A DNA stretch of 63,998 nt, filler included, from Octopus bimaculoides (Eukaryota), in the NCBI RefSeq assembly GCF_001194135.2. It is 6 parts of 4 records of this genome, joined end to end, with 100 filler letters (N's around TTAATTAATTAA, not from the genome) between each part and the next. Parts side by side here need not be neighbours in the genome. Positions count along the whole stretch, not along the records: positions 32,648 to 44,481 come from NC_068987.1; positions 44,582 to 60,869 come from NC_068987.1; 4 more parts are not named here. One strand, written 5' to 3'. Shown one piece after another: positions 38,504-50,454 of this stretch. Made by a program: the position numbers and the translations under genes. Each line of letters starts with the position of its first letter. Within the stretch, counting starts at the first letter, position 1. Below the pieces are notes generated by a model. It worked only from the letters and a program-made list of their open reading frames with translations. It did not search any database and was not told where the DNA came from.

Positions 38504-40866
38504 CAATAGAACCTCGCAGTACGAATGCACCAATGTACGAGTAGTTTGCTGTTCGAACCGAGGCTCGTGCGAATTTTGTCTTGAAGTACGAGTGGAAATC
38601 CGCAGTACGAGCGAGTTGCATACAAACGACCGCTAGTCGGCGCTAAGCTTGCACGCGCTCTCTCAACAAGCGTAGCCTCTGTTCACTCAGTTCACGTGTT
38701 TATCTCGCTGTGGCAGCATCCCTGTTGTGTTTTTCACAGTGTTTTTTTGTTTTTTTTTAGTTTTTTACGTTTAGTTGTGCTAGCCATTGGTCCTAAGAAG
38801 GTTAGTGTAAAGAACAATGCTGAGAAGAAGAAAAAGCTGATTACGATAGAATTGAAGAAGGAGATCATTGTTAAACACGAGAAAGGAGTGCGTGTAATGG
38901 ACATAGCACGTCAGTATGACCGAAGCACGTCGGCGATTTGCACCATCCTGAAGAAAAAGACGAGATCAAGGCTGTTACAAGAACAAAGGATGTCTCCAGA
39001 CTCTTCAAGCAATGCACATCTGTCCACGAAGAGATGGAAAAATTGCTTCTCTTGTGGATCAACGAGAAGCAACTCGTAAGGGATATAATTACGGGGACCA
39101 TCATCTACGAGAAAGCACGAGCACTGTATGGGGATCTCCTGAAGCAGAAGCCTGAAACATCGACGGAGGAGACATCAGCAGACGCACTTAAGGCCAGTCA
39201 TGGCTGGTTCGATAATTTCGAGAAGAGGAATGGTGTTTATAGCGTCGTCAGGTATGGAGAAGCAGCGAGTGCTGACACGAAGGCAGATGAGGATTTCGAG
39301 CGTGAATTCCGTCAGCTCATCGCATCCGAGGGGAACATCGCACAACAGATATTCAACTGTGATGAGACTGGACTTTTCTTTTTTTTTTTTGGAAAAAATG
39401 CCCAGAAGCACCTACATAACTACAGAGAAGAAGAAAATGCCAGGCCACAAGCCTATGAAAGATAGGCTAATTTTCTTTGTGCCAATGCGAGTGGAGACTT
39501 GAAGATTAAGCCGCTCCTTGTCTACCATTCCGAAAACCCGCGCGCATTCAAGTCGCACAGAATTCTGAAGGAGAAGCTGCAGGTCATGTGGAGGGCAAAC
39601 GTCAAAACTTGGGCCACCAAGCAACTCTTCACCAAGTAGGTCAACCTTATCTTCGGACTAGCAGTGAAAAGGCACCCTCTGGAGAACGATCTTCCTCTCA
39701 AGGCCCTCCCCATCTTCGACAATGCTCATGCTCACCCTCCAAACTTCGAAAATGATATTCTGGACGAATTCAAATTCATAAAATTTCTATACCTTTCACG
39801 CAACACCAATCATATCTTGCAGCCCATGGACTAATAGGTGATTTCTAATTGTCTGTTTCGTCGTTGCTTTGAAGTCACTGAAAATACAAATCTAACCCTT
39901 CGTGAGTTTTGGAAGGAGCACAACAACATTGTTAACTGCCTGGAAATCATTGATAAGACCTGGCAGAGTGTAACGAGAAATTCGCTGCATTTTGCATGAA
40001 GGAAACTGGTCTGACTGCGTATCCGAAAGAGACTTCGAAGGGTGTGAGTCTGAGACGAGGAAATAGTGTCTCTTGGCAAGTCCATGGGCCTCAAGATTAA
40101 TGACGGGGACATTAACGATCTCATCGAGGAACATTCAGAAGAGCTAACGACAGATGAACTCCTGCAGCTTCAGGAGCAGCAGCATTCGGATGCGGTCGAA
40201 GAGATTGGTTCCCCGGAGAAGGACAGTGTAGCGAAGAAGGCTATCTCTACGAGTGACATAAAGGCAGTGTTGGCAAAGTGGCAGTATGTTTCTGAATTTG
40301 TGGAAAAATATCATCTTGAAAAAGTATCTACAGGTCGTGTAGCTGCTTTATTTATTGACACTGGTGCATTTTCGTAACGTTCTGAAAGGTAGGAAAAAGA
40401 AGACTTCGCTTGATATGTTTCTAATGAAACGACCTGCAAGTGAAGAAAATGTGTCCAAAAAGCCTAAATTAAGCGAAGTGAGAGAGAAAACACTAGAAAT
40501 TGTTTTTCCTGCAATGTTAATGGAAGGAGATTATCCTTTCAGACAATAATCCTCCTCCTCCTCGTTTCATTGTCTTCCACGCGTACAAATCATCTCATTT
40601 TTAATGTAATTAAATTAATAAAACCAGTTCACATATTTCTTTTGTATTTTCTTTTATTATGTTTTTATAATTGTCATTTTCCTTGTAACTGCACCTTTTC
40701 TGTTTTAAAACCCGTGAAAAATTATTTTTGGGTGGTTTTGGCGCGCTGGAACGGATTAATTATATTTGAATTAATTGCAATGAGGAAAACCGATTTGTAA
40801 AACGAGTAAATCATAACACGAGCTCAGTCATGGAACGAATTAAACTCGTACTTCGAGGTATTACTG
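38504..40866 (+). mobile_element. Near full-length Tigger/pogo DNA transposon (about 2.36 kb)
   Basis: About 23-bp imperfect TIRs (CAATAGAACCTCGCAGTACGAAT vs reverse complement of the end, CAGTAATACCTCGAAGTACGAGT), TA after the 3' end, internal transposase. Confidence 0.9.
38786..40549 (+). pseudogene. Tigger transposase pseudogene (CENP-B HTH + DDE_1), frameshifted
   Basis: GPKKVS..ITIELKKEIIVKHEKG..DIARQY (HTH); FKASHGWF-like ALKASHGWFDNF; IFNCDETGLF; KPLLVYHSENPRAFK; multiple stops and shifts; start codon reads ATT. Confidence 0.9.
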
Positions 40867-42519
40867 TACCTCTATTTGTCTATGTTGTTTATACACATGC
40901 CACTAGTCACTGAGTTAGTTCTCTTAGCTCACTTTTGTTTAACATATAGGGGTGGGTGAGAGAGAGAGGTGGGGAGAGAGACAGATTGCAAAAATCGATA
41001 TGTCAATCCTCTCGACTGATTCCCCTTATGCTTGAGGTCAACTTCGCCATTCATTCTCCTTTTTTTTTAAAATAATAGAAAAGTATTGGAGTCGACTAAA
41101 TCTCTTGAAGGTGGTGCCCCAGCATGACCGCAGTCCATCAAAAGAATAGATGATAGGAAAACTAGGTATTCATGCACTAAAGAAATAATTCTCCCGCCAG
41201 TGAAAGAGGCTGAACATACTTAAAGTATGTCAGAATAAAGTGTCAGATGAAACATCAAAGTTCACTGGAGCAAATTTGTCTTGTTCAGTAGCCAGTTACA
41301 CCTCATTACACTTAATTTGCTCTGCATAATCTTACCTGTCTGTCTTAGTCATCTGACAAACTAGCCTCCCTCACTTCTTTTTTTCTTTCTTTCTTTCTTT
41401 CTTTCAATTGCTTCTTTATGTCTCCATCTTTGTCACGCTTGCTTAATTGCCTAGTGTGCTCCACTTCTCCATCTGTCTGTCAGTCTGGCTGTCTGTCTCT
41501 ATCTTCTATCGGTCTCTCTCTCCCTCTCCTCCCTCTCTCTCTCTATCTACCTGTTTATCTTCCTATCTTGACCGCTCTCTCTTTCGCTGATATTTTTCAT
41601 ATTTCTTTTTTACATCACTTTTATCACGCATTGTATGTTCCTCCCTTCTATCTCCTTGTTTCTCTCTCACACACACAGTCCCTCTCTCTCCTTCCTTTCT
41701 CCGTTTACCCTCTCTCCCTCTCCCCGTCTCTGATATTTTCTTATTTCTTCTTTACCTCTCTCCTTGTCACACTTCCTTTATTTACTGTTTCCTCTCTTGC
41801 TCTAAGGTTTCTTTCATTTGACTCTCCGTTTTAGTGCGAGTGGTCACTAACTTAAAGTATGAAAATGTTCGTGAAAAAGTCCATTAAATGCGCTTTTGAG
41901 AAGCATGTGTAAATGAATATCAGAAGGCAGTTTTTAAACAAAACGTTGTAACTTTATTAAAATGGTAATGAGAGCTGACAAGTGATGAGCGAAGCGGGTG
42001 TATATGTAGGAGTCAGAGAAAAGCGATAAAACTTACGATCGAACAAATGATTTAGTTGTAAGCCGTTAAAAGCTAGCAGAGACGAAGCTAGCTGAGATGG
42101 AAGTAAACCACTCATGATATATGTAGAGTTGTGTAGCTAAAGACTAACTGAAAAGGTGCTCGCAAGGTGAAGTTGACAACAATGTAATAGGATGTCAATG
42201 ATGTCAGCATTGAGGCCTTAATTTGATTCAGAAGTTTGCGACGCTAAGGTGGTAAGAAATACAAAAAGGCGGGTTCCATCGTAGAGAAACGATGTGGTCC
42301 GTGTTGAGTCCATCCGCTGACTGTCGAAAAACGCGCATTAACCAATAGGGAGGATAACCGCCTTTTGTTATTCCTACGCGTCTAGCTCTGATTGATTGAA
42401 ATAGCCAAAGCACGACTGTGCTATTCCGCGAACAACACCAATGGCTTTCTTGACTCCTACACCTTAAATACTACTTAGTTGTTCTTTAATAAATTGTCCA
42501 AATAGCATGTCCCCAGTAG

Positions 42520-44225
42520 GATGCAACGCCGGATAGCAGAAATGAGGAAGGAGTCAGCTGAAGAAAAGCAAAGTGATCCCATTCACAGCGGCCACGAAAC
42601 AAATAACACGAGAGGACTCGAAACTAATAACACAGGAGAGCCTTTATAGATGACATACCGGTTATAACACCATTAATCCAAAGGACGCGGCAGACACTGA
42701 ACTTGCCGGGCCACATGGTTACGTATAAAGTTCAATCTAGCAAAATTTCAGACTCTGAATATTCTCAAAGGAATGCTAACAAATTACATCTTCAGCATTC
42801 ATTTGTCTGAAATTCCAACAATCCAAAAAAAAAGCAATTATGATCGCACCCTTAGAGATAATGGCAATGCAAAAGACACCATGATTCAAGTGAGGGCAGT
42901 TGATAAAAGCTAACTACTTGGATGATTCAAAATATGTTGCTTCCACTATGGCGTCACAACCTGACTGCAGTGGCCATTTTTATTTTATGACTTTGCCATG
43001 ACTCAGGTGGAGGCAATGGAGAGGTTGGGCAGTATATTCATGCGAAGGTAGTTAAACGTTACCCCAACTTCCAGCCTTGTCAATATGTACAGCAAATGGT
43101 GGAGGGATTCAAATCCACAAAAGCAAGAGCAATCAGCACATTGCTTCTATCTGAGGATGAGAAAGTCAGGCATAAAAACAAAACCACAAACTGTAGCAGA
43201 AAGTAGAAACCCTGAACGGTTAGGACTTAGCAACTGCAGTGCCAAGGGGTGGGAAAACACCAGTGTCAGGGGCAAGAGGTCGCTTATTATGCAAAGGACA
43301 TGTGGTTCAGCAAAGGATGTTTGCTGTGTGAAGGCAGTAGGGCTTACTCACCAGGGAAAATGGAGTGGAACCAGTTGCTTGAGCATCAACCATTCTGGAA
43401 GAAATTCAGGAGTACTGACCAAGGGAAACTTAAACTTCCTTCTGCATGCTGTCGCTGAACTCTTACCAACTTCAAATAACCTTGCAATGTAGAACAAAGA
43501 GGAAGATTCATCCTACAAGCAGCGTGTGGCAACGTTTTGCACTCTGAGTCACATTTCGACTGGATATTCTAGAGCACCGGGAGGAAAGCGACACCAATAG
43601 AGGGTCAACAAAGTTCTTGCAGAAATCGCTAAATAGAGAGACTTGCAGAGGGTTATGGCGAACAAACAGCAACCACCACTACTCAAGGGATTCATATTCT
43701 TAAGGGAAGGTGACAAAGCGCCTAAGACGAAAACAACTGTAGAGGATCCGTTTTCTATTTTGCATCAAGCCTCCTGCTGGGAGATGCAAATAAATCTAAA
43801 GAGCAGACACGTTTTCCCCGAGGAAGTAGTGGAAACATCATTCCGACCAGGCATGTTCTTGTTCTCCAAGCGTGCCAAAACAATCATCATGGTCGAACTT
43901 ATAGTTCCCTGAGAGGCAAATTCAACATTTCTTCCCAACTAAAGAAAATCAAATGAGAACTTGATCGATGAGGCATTTGTCAAGGGATGACACCTGGCCT
44001 TATTCTCAATTGAAGTTGGCTGCCATGGCTTTTCAGCTAGATCAGTACCTTATTTCTTGCATAAATTTGACCTGGGACCCAGGCAACTGAAGAAAGCCAA
44101 CAAAAGATACGCATAGCACTTGTGGAACCCTTCCACGGGCGAAGACTAATTCGGCTCTTATTGTCTGGAGATAAGAGGACAGTCATAGTCATGTGTTTCT
44201 GCTTCAATAGATGTCATCAGTACGA
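42520..44225 (+). mobile_element. HERO/R2-like RLE non-LTR retrotransposon, 3' part, decayed
   Basis: RAFIDDI (RT), QGK-WNQL..KFLLHAVAELLPTSNNL, WEMQINL..FPEEVVETSFRP..IIMVELIVP, IEVGCHGF; ends at a (TA)n tract. Confidence 0.8.
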
Positions 44226-44227
44226 CA

Positions 44228-44263
<36 letters not shown>

Positions 44264-44581
44264 TGAGAAAGTTGGTATGTGAAAGCACGTGGTTGGGTGT
44301 ATAAAAGATAATAAGAGTGAAAAAACTACAGAAGGCTTGTGTTACATGGTTAAAGTATATATTTAAATTATGTCAGAAAAATGTTATAAAAATGTTATAA
44401 AATCTTTTTGGTATATAAACATTGTATTTAGAGAAATAACCGGTTTCGTGTTGTCTTTTCAAATTTCTCTACTTCATTGTANNNNNNNNNNNNNNNNNNN
44501 NNNNNNNNNNNNNNNNNNNNNNNNNTTAATTAATTAANNNNNNNNNNNNNNNNNNNNNNNNNNNNNNNNNNNNNNNNNNNN

Positions 44582-44706
44582 AACAAGCAAACTCGCAATC
44601 TTATGAAGAATGTATCCAAAAAGCTAATCAAATTCTCGAAATGGAGAATAAAAATCAACAATTTATTCTAAAGGGCAAGTCCTTCCTTTGTCATTGTAAT
44701 TCTAAA
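44582..44706 (+). CDS. DNAJC3: DNAJC3 internal coding exon (5' part lost in gap), TPR region
   Basis: 44584-44706 translates QANSQSYEECIQKANQILEMENKNQQFILKGKSFLCHCNSK, matching the region ending 'CHCFSK' in vertebrate DNAJC3; GTAAGT donor at 44707, phase 0, compatible with the next exon. Confidence 0.9.
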
Positions 44707-44860
44707 GTAAGTGACTATTTTCTGTCTTTTGCATTCTTGTTTGACATTTTTGTTTTGTTTTCATTAATTCCTTGCATTTCCATTTCACCTCTACCTACCT
44801 TCTTTCTCTTTTAGTCTCAATTTTTGTGTGTGTGTGTGTGTGTATAATGTACATATATAA

Positions 44861-45175
44861 AGGGTAAAGATCCCCGTCTGTCATGAATGACCATGTGTGT
44901 GTATGTCCCTCTGAGGGACAAGGTTGTTTATGGAAGGCCAGTAGTCCCCCATGCATACCAGCCTCCCCTCTCCACATCACCAATGTTATCCAAGGGAAAG
45001 GCAAAGGCCAAGACAGCTTGGCACCAGTGACTTCGCAACTCATTTCTACAGCTGAGTGAACTGGAGCAACATGAAATAAAGTGTCTTGCTCAAGAACACA
45101 ACACACAGCTCAGTCTGAGAATCAAACTCACCACCTCATGATTGTGAGCCCAACACTCTAACCACCGAGCCATGC
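44861..45175 (-). mobile_element. tRNA-derived SINE family D (DNAJC3 intron)
   Basis: Reverse complement of 47465-47805. Confidence 0.8.
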
Positions 45176-45694
45176 ACCGTCAGTGTACATACATACATAT
45201 ATACACACACACACAATATACATATGTACAACATACACATGTATAAATATACATACACACACATATATGTAAATATATATATATATATATATATACTCTC
45301 ACACACATATATGCACACATATATGTACACATACACACATCAGATAAGTGGGGATTAAAAGTCCAAGCTGATTCCACAATCAGCACTTTTGCAAATGTTG
45401 GCTAACACAGTGTATATAAGTAGATTGTTTACCTTAAAGAAAATTGCTCATGCAAAGTGAAAGGTCTAATAAATTGTAGGATGTGATTTGAGGAAAGTTT
45501 GGTTGATATTTCTAGTAGGTTGAGTTACCATACAGAGGCTGATGATGGGAATCTAAGCTCTCAAGAGTCAAGTGCATAAATTCCCATTACAGGAATTAAA
45601 GATGAACGGTTACTGCTCAAAATATTAGTCTCTTATTCCATGCCGTGTAAATCACATGCTTTGCTTCAATATCTGTTGTTTAAATATTGTCATA

Positions 45695-45938
45695 TTAACC
45701 CTTTTACATTTAACTCTGTAGCATTCAGATTACTCTGTCAAATGTAATGCTTTTTTATGCACATTGTTTGGAATTAATAATATAATATCTGATAGCTTCA
45801 AAACTTTGATGAGATAATTGCATACTTTTTAAAATGACATTGTAGAGTAGGTGTAAGAGGCCAGTTCTGTCTGGTTTGTATATAAAACAGGTAGAATATT
45901 TGGGCTGGATATGGTCAGTTTAAATGCTAAAAGGGTAA
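45695..45938 (+). mobile_element. TTAA-flanked MITE (piggyBac-like ends)
   Basis: TTAA|CCCTT...AATGCTAAAAGGG ends; four homologous copies in the window. Confidence 0.75.
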
Positions 45939-45940
45939 AC

Positions 45941-46140
45941 TAGCCATATCTGGCCCAAATATTCTACTTGTTTTATGTTCAGATCTGGCCTCTCCCATCT
46001 AGCCTACAATGTCATTTTAAAAGTAAAGAATCACATCATTGAAATCTCTAAGGTACAAGATAATGCATGATGAATTCAAAATGATGTGAATACATAAGCA
46101 TTACATTTCACTGAATAATATGAATGCTAAAGGGGTTGTT
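45941..46140 (-). mobile_element. Same TTAA MITE, inverted copy abutting the previous one
   Basis: Reverse complement aligns with 47040-47260 and 54878-55105. Confidence 0.75.
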
Positions 46141-46211
46141 AAAGGTTAATCATTGATTAGTTGTAATGTGAAACACTTTCATATAAATATTTTCTTTTTA
46201 TTTTAACAAAG

Positions 46212-46332
46212 GCTGGCTTTGAAAAAGAGGCAATCAAGAAGTGTAGTGAAGTTCTCACAATAGACTCTAACAATGTGGATGCTTATTGCGACCGAGCTGA
46301 AGCTTATATTAAAGCCACCCAGTACAACGATG
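46212..46332 (+). CDS. DNAJC3: DNAJC3 coding exon, TPR repeat
   Basis: Pyrimidine tract + AAG acceptor; AGFEKEAIKKCSEVLTIDSNNVDAYCDRAEAYIKATQYND; GTAAGT donor at 46333 (121 nt, phase 0 to 1). Confidence 0.95.
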
Positions 46333-46616
46333 GTAAGTGGCTTGATCAATGAAGGCTGCAAACAGCTGATGTGTATAAGAGGAAATTGTTTGCTGTATGA
46401 CTGAGTGTCCATTGTAAGGTCTAGAACAGGCATGACCATTTTTTTTCTTGCATTCTGGGGATGGGGGTCGATGTAATTGACTGGCCCCCTCCCTAAAAGT
46501 TTCGGGCCTTGTGCCTAGAGTAGAAAAGGATATTGTCTATACTCATTTTCGTTACATTTTGTCCTTCATTGTTATGCCGTATGACTACTTAGCTTCTTTT
46601 TTTCATTCCTCTATAG

Positions 46617-46749
46617 CGGTTAACGATTACCAACAAGCACAGAATATCGACTCAGAATCACATAGAGTCCAAGAAGGTCTGGAGAAAGCTAAAAAAATTC
46701 TTAAGCAATCAAAAAGAAGAGACTATTATAAAATCCTTGGTGTACGGAG
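46617..46749 (+). CDS. DNAJC3: DNAJC3 coding exon, last TPR and start of J-domain
   Basis: TAG acceptor; AVNDYQQAQNIDSESHRVQEGLEKAKKILKQSKRRDYYKILGVR; GTTGGT donor at 46750 (133 nt, phase 1 to 2). Confidence 0.97.
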
Positions 46750-47039
46750 GTTGGTTTCTTTCTCTTTCTCTCTCTCTTCTACTTTGTCTCCTGCTCACTC
46801 TTTCTTTTCCTCTTCTCTCTGTTATTATATATAAACTTCTTTAGCTACAGTACAGACAATACAAATTGCATATAGAATATATGCAATTTATATTGTCTGT
46901 ACTGTAGCTAAAAAGGTTTATATACCCTTCTGTAAGCTTTTGTATAAGTCAAAATGTAGATGTTAGATTTTGTATATGCTATTGTGCATCAAATGAAGAG
47001 GAAGAAATGTCTATAGCTTTATATAGGTTGTGATGTATT

Positions 47040-47260
47040 TTAACCCTTTAGCATTCAGATTTGTTTGTTAAATCAAATGCTTACTTATTCTCATTGTTTT
47101 GAATTAATCATGCATTATCTTGTAGCTTCAATAATTTGATGGTATGTTTGTTATATTTTTAGAATGACATGGTAGGGTAGGTGAGAGATTGAATCTGATC
47201 AGTTTTAACATAAAACAGAATATTTGGGCAGGATATGGCTGGATTAAATGCTAAAGGTTT
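47040..47260 (+). mobile_element. TTAA-flanked MITE
   Basis: TTAACCCTTTAGCATT...AATGCTAAAGG terminal inverted repeats. Confidence 0.8.
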
Positions 47261-47464
47261 GAAACGCATCTATAGGAATTTATATTGCTTAGAATGTATA
47301 TATACTTTATAGATATGCATAAGCTTTAGCTCTATAGCTGTGTGTCACATGTAGTCAGTGAAGACTTTACTAGTATTTAATAACTGTAAGCATTTGTGCA
47401 TATTGTAATACACAGTAGGACTGTATATGACTTTAATCTATGGAGATTTATATAGCAGATGCTG

Positions 47465-47805
47465 CAAGATCAGTGTTTAGTGGTTAGAGCGTCGGGCTCA
47501 CAATCATGAGGCAGTGAGTTCGATTTCCCAGACGGGGCTGTGTGTTGTGTTTTTGAGCAAGGCACTTTATTTCATGTTGCTCCAGTTCACTCAACTGTAG
47601 AAATGAGTTGCAACGTCACTGGTGCTAAGCTATATCGGTCTTTGCCTTTCCCTCGGATAACATTGATGGTGTGGAGATGGGGAGGCTGATATGCATAGGC
47701 GACTGCTGGTCTTCTGTAAACAACCTTGCTAAGACTGGTACCTCAGAAGGGAACTTTCTAGGTGCAATTCCATGGTCATTCATGACCGAAGGGGGTCTTT
47801 ACTCT
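47465..47805 (+). mobile_element. tRNA-derived SINE family D (DNAJC3 intron)
   Basis: AGTGGTTAGAGCGTCGGGCTCACAATCATGAGG head, GAGTTCGATTTCC B-box, CORE-like TTGAGCAAGGCACTT. Confidence 0.8.
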
Positions 47806-47971
47806 TTACTCAATATTTGGAGATTTACATAACTTGTACTGTAGTTATAAGTGTTTGTATAAAGTCTGTTATATATTGATTTATATAAGCTTTAATGTTA
47901 CGTAGTTTATGCTGCCTTAAATTTATGTAGAGATTTGTACAATCTCTATGTTATGATAATATTTTTGCCAG

Positions 47972-48120
47972 GAATGCAGACAAACGTACAATACTAAGGG
48001 CATACAGAAAGCTGGCTGTGAAATGGCACCCTGATAAATATGATAATGAAGAGGACAAAAAGAATGCACAGAAACACTTCATTGATATTGCTGCTGCCAA
48101 AGAGGTTTTGACCAATCCTG
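47972..48120 (+). CDS. DNAJC3: DNAJC3 coding exon, J-domain with HPD motif
   Basis: CAG acceptor; NADKRTILRAYRKLAVKWHPDKYDNEEDKKNAQKHFIDIAAAKEVLTNP; GTGAGT donor at 48121 (149 nt, phase 2 to 1). Confidence 0.97.
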
Positions 48121-48414
48121 GTGAGTGTTTGATGACGGCACTAAGAATGTTTAAATGCACATATAGATTCACACTCACATCCACTCCCCAGCAATCTCTC
48201 ACCTCACAAGACATTTTCTCTCTTGTTCTCTCTCTCTCTTTCTTACTTTCTTTTTCTCTTTCTCTCTCTACCACATTCACTATGTAAAGTAAGATCCACT
48301 ACCCATTTGGTAATCAAAATGGTGGGATCTACATAAACTCACATTCCTAAACAGTTCACTTCTGATGATGGGCCTTTGTGCTTGAAATATATAAAGATTA
48401 CTTAGCTTTCCCTT

Positions 48415-48800
48415 TTCCCATTCTTTTATTCTCTTATTTGTTTCAGTCATTGCTGAAGCACCGCCTTGCAAGGTTTTTGCCAAACAAATCGACCCCAGGT
48501 CTTTTTTTTTTTAAAGACTAGTACTTATTCTAGCAGTGTCTTTTGCCAAACCGCAAAGTTACGGGAATGTAAACACACCAACAGTGGTTGTCAATGTGGA
48601 GACAGACACAAAGGCACACACACATAGTTATATACACATGACAGGCTTCTTCCAGTTTCCATCTACCAAATCCACTCACAAGGCTTTCGTCGGCTTGAGG
48701 CTGTAGTAGAAGTCACTTACCCAAGTGCCATGCAGTGGGACTGAACCTGGAACCATGTGGTTTAGAAGCAAGTGTCTTGCCTTACAGCAACACCTTGTTA
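48415..48800 (-). mobile_element. Full-length SINE family B in the last DNAJC3 intron
   Basis: Both halves present, separated by a CA-rich tract; homologous to 55378-55750. Confidence 0.85.
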
Positions 48801-49394
48801 GAATCTCTCCATTTTCATTGCTATTTTATCTGTGTGTGTGTATATATACATGTATATATACACTTGCTGGTCAGAGAGAAGTCTGGGGAATATGCTAGGT
48901 GAGGTAGTTTTGTTGCCCATTTGTTCAATTTCTGTAGTCATTTGCATGGCTTACGATCAGGTGTTGTCAAAGAGAACTAATCCCTTTTGATTGACCAATA
49001 CTAGATGTAAATGTTGCAGTTGTTGATGAATTCTGTCAGCTTCCTGGCAACATTTTTCTGCTGTGATGCTTTTTCCAGGATTTGGGAAGCTGTTGAGAAT
49101 GATTCCATTTCCTGACTACTAAACAATAACCATAAGCTATTTTTGATGCAGCTTTGGTTTCCAAACATATTTTGTGCCTCACCTCAGTCCTGCTGCTATG
49201 TGGAACACTTTAACACTTTTGGTTGTCATACAGAATTGATTTTCGCATCACATTTCCCATTCCTGATAGGAAATGGATTGATTTAGATGTGCAGAAGAAA
49301 GATGTACAGAGAAAATACACCACTCATTTGTCATGCTTTTTGACTTTTTAGCTTGATGCATATGTTAAACAGCTGCTGAGTGATCAATATTTAG

Positions 49395-49630
49395 CTCTTC
49401 TGCAACCAATGCCTTGTGAGTGAATTTGATAGATGGAAACTGTGTGGAAGCCCATCATATATTGTGTGTGTGTTTGTCCCCCTACCACCACTTGACAACC
49501 AGTGTTGGTTTGTATATCGCTTAGAGGTTAGGCAAAAGGGACTAATAAAATAAGTACCAGACTTAAAAGAAATATACTGAGGTCAGTTTGTTTGACAGCT
49601 CAAAGCAATGACTGCGACAAGTAAAAGATA
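49395..49630 (+). mobile_element. Partial SINE family B in the last DNAJC3 intron
   Basis: GCCTTGTGAGTGAATTTGATAGATGGAAACTG...CTTGACAACC...TAAGTACCAG. Confidence 0.7.
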
Positions 49631-50311
49631 ATGATTACACTTTATACACGTATGTATACTCACATCTAAACAAACTTTCACATGCATATTTTCCCATATC
49701 ACACACACATACACACATACACAAGCGACATAGACACATACAGGTAAACAACACAGACTCAGACACAGAGTATCTACTATAATAATACTCTTGTGTTTTT
49801 CTCTGTCACATATGAATGAGAAAGGAAGGGGTGATAGATGAATAAGGAAGGAAGGGGTGATGGCAAACTTGGTAGAGGGATGATGGAAATTCTACAGTGA
49901 AAAAAAGTCAAACAGCATTTCAACTCTATGTGAGTGTGTAAAAGGGAGGTATGTGAATGTTTGTGTGTGTGTGCAATGGAAGTGAGATGGGGAACATTCA
50001 ACGCTGAAAAGAAAAATCAAACAGTGTTTCAACTCTGTGTGAGTATATGTGTGCATGTACAAAGTATGTGAATGTTTGTATGTGTGAACCAGCGTTCTTT
50101 TTGTAACAAACGATGATCAGTGTCACATCTCAAAATACAAACATTAGATAACATTGACAAGTGTATTAATTTGAATTACCATCCATATTCTATCTTTTGT
50201 CCCTATTTATATGTAAAATACTACAATTAGCTGTCATTTTTGACGGCACGGGGCCAGCTTGTGTATTAATATTTAAAGTGACTCATAATTTCTCCCTGTC
50301 TTTTTTTACAG

Positions 50312-50454
50312 AGAAGCGTCAAAAGTTTGATCACGGTGAAGATCCATTGGATCCGGAAAATCAGAACGAACATGGAGGTGGACCTTTCTGGCATCAGGGT
50401 TTCAATCCCTTTGAAAGTGGAGGAGGTTTTCAGTTCAAATTCCACTTCAACTGA
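50312..50454 (+). CDS. DNAJC3: DNAJC3 terminal coding exon
   Basis: CAG acceptor; EKRQKFDHGEDPLDPENQNEHGGGPFWHQGFNPFESGGGFQFKFHFN*; the C-terminal FKFHFN and GEDPLD motifs are characteristic of DNAJC3. Confidence 0.97.
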
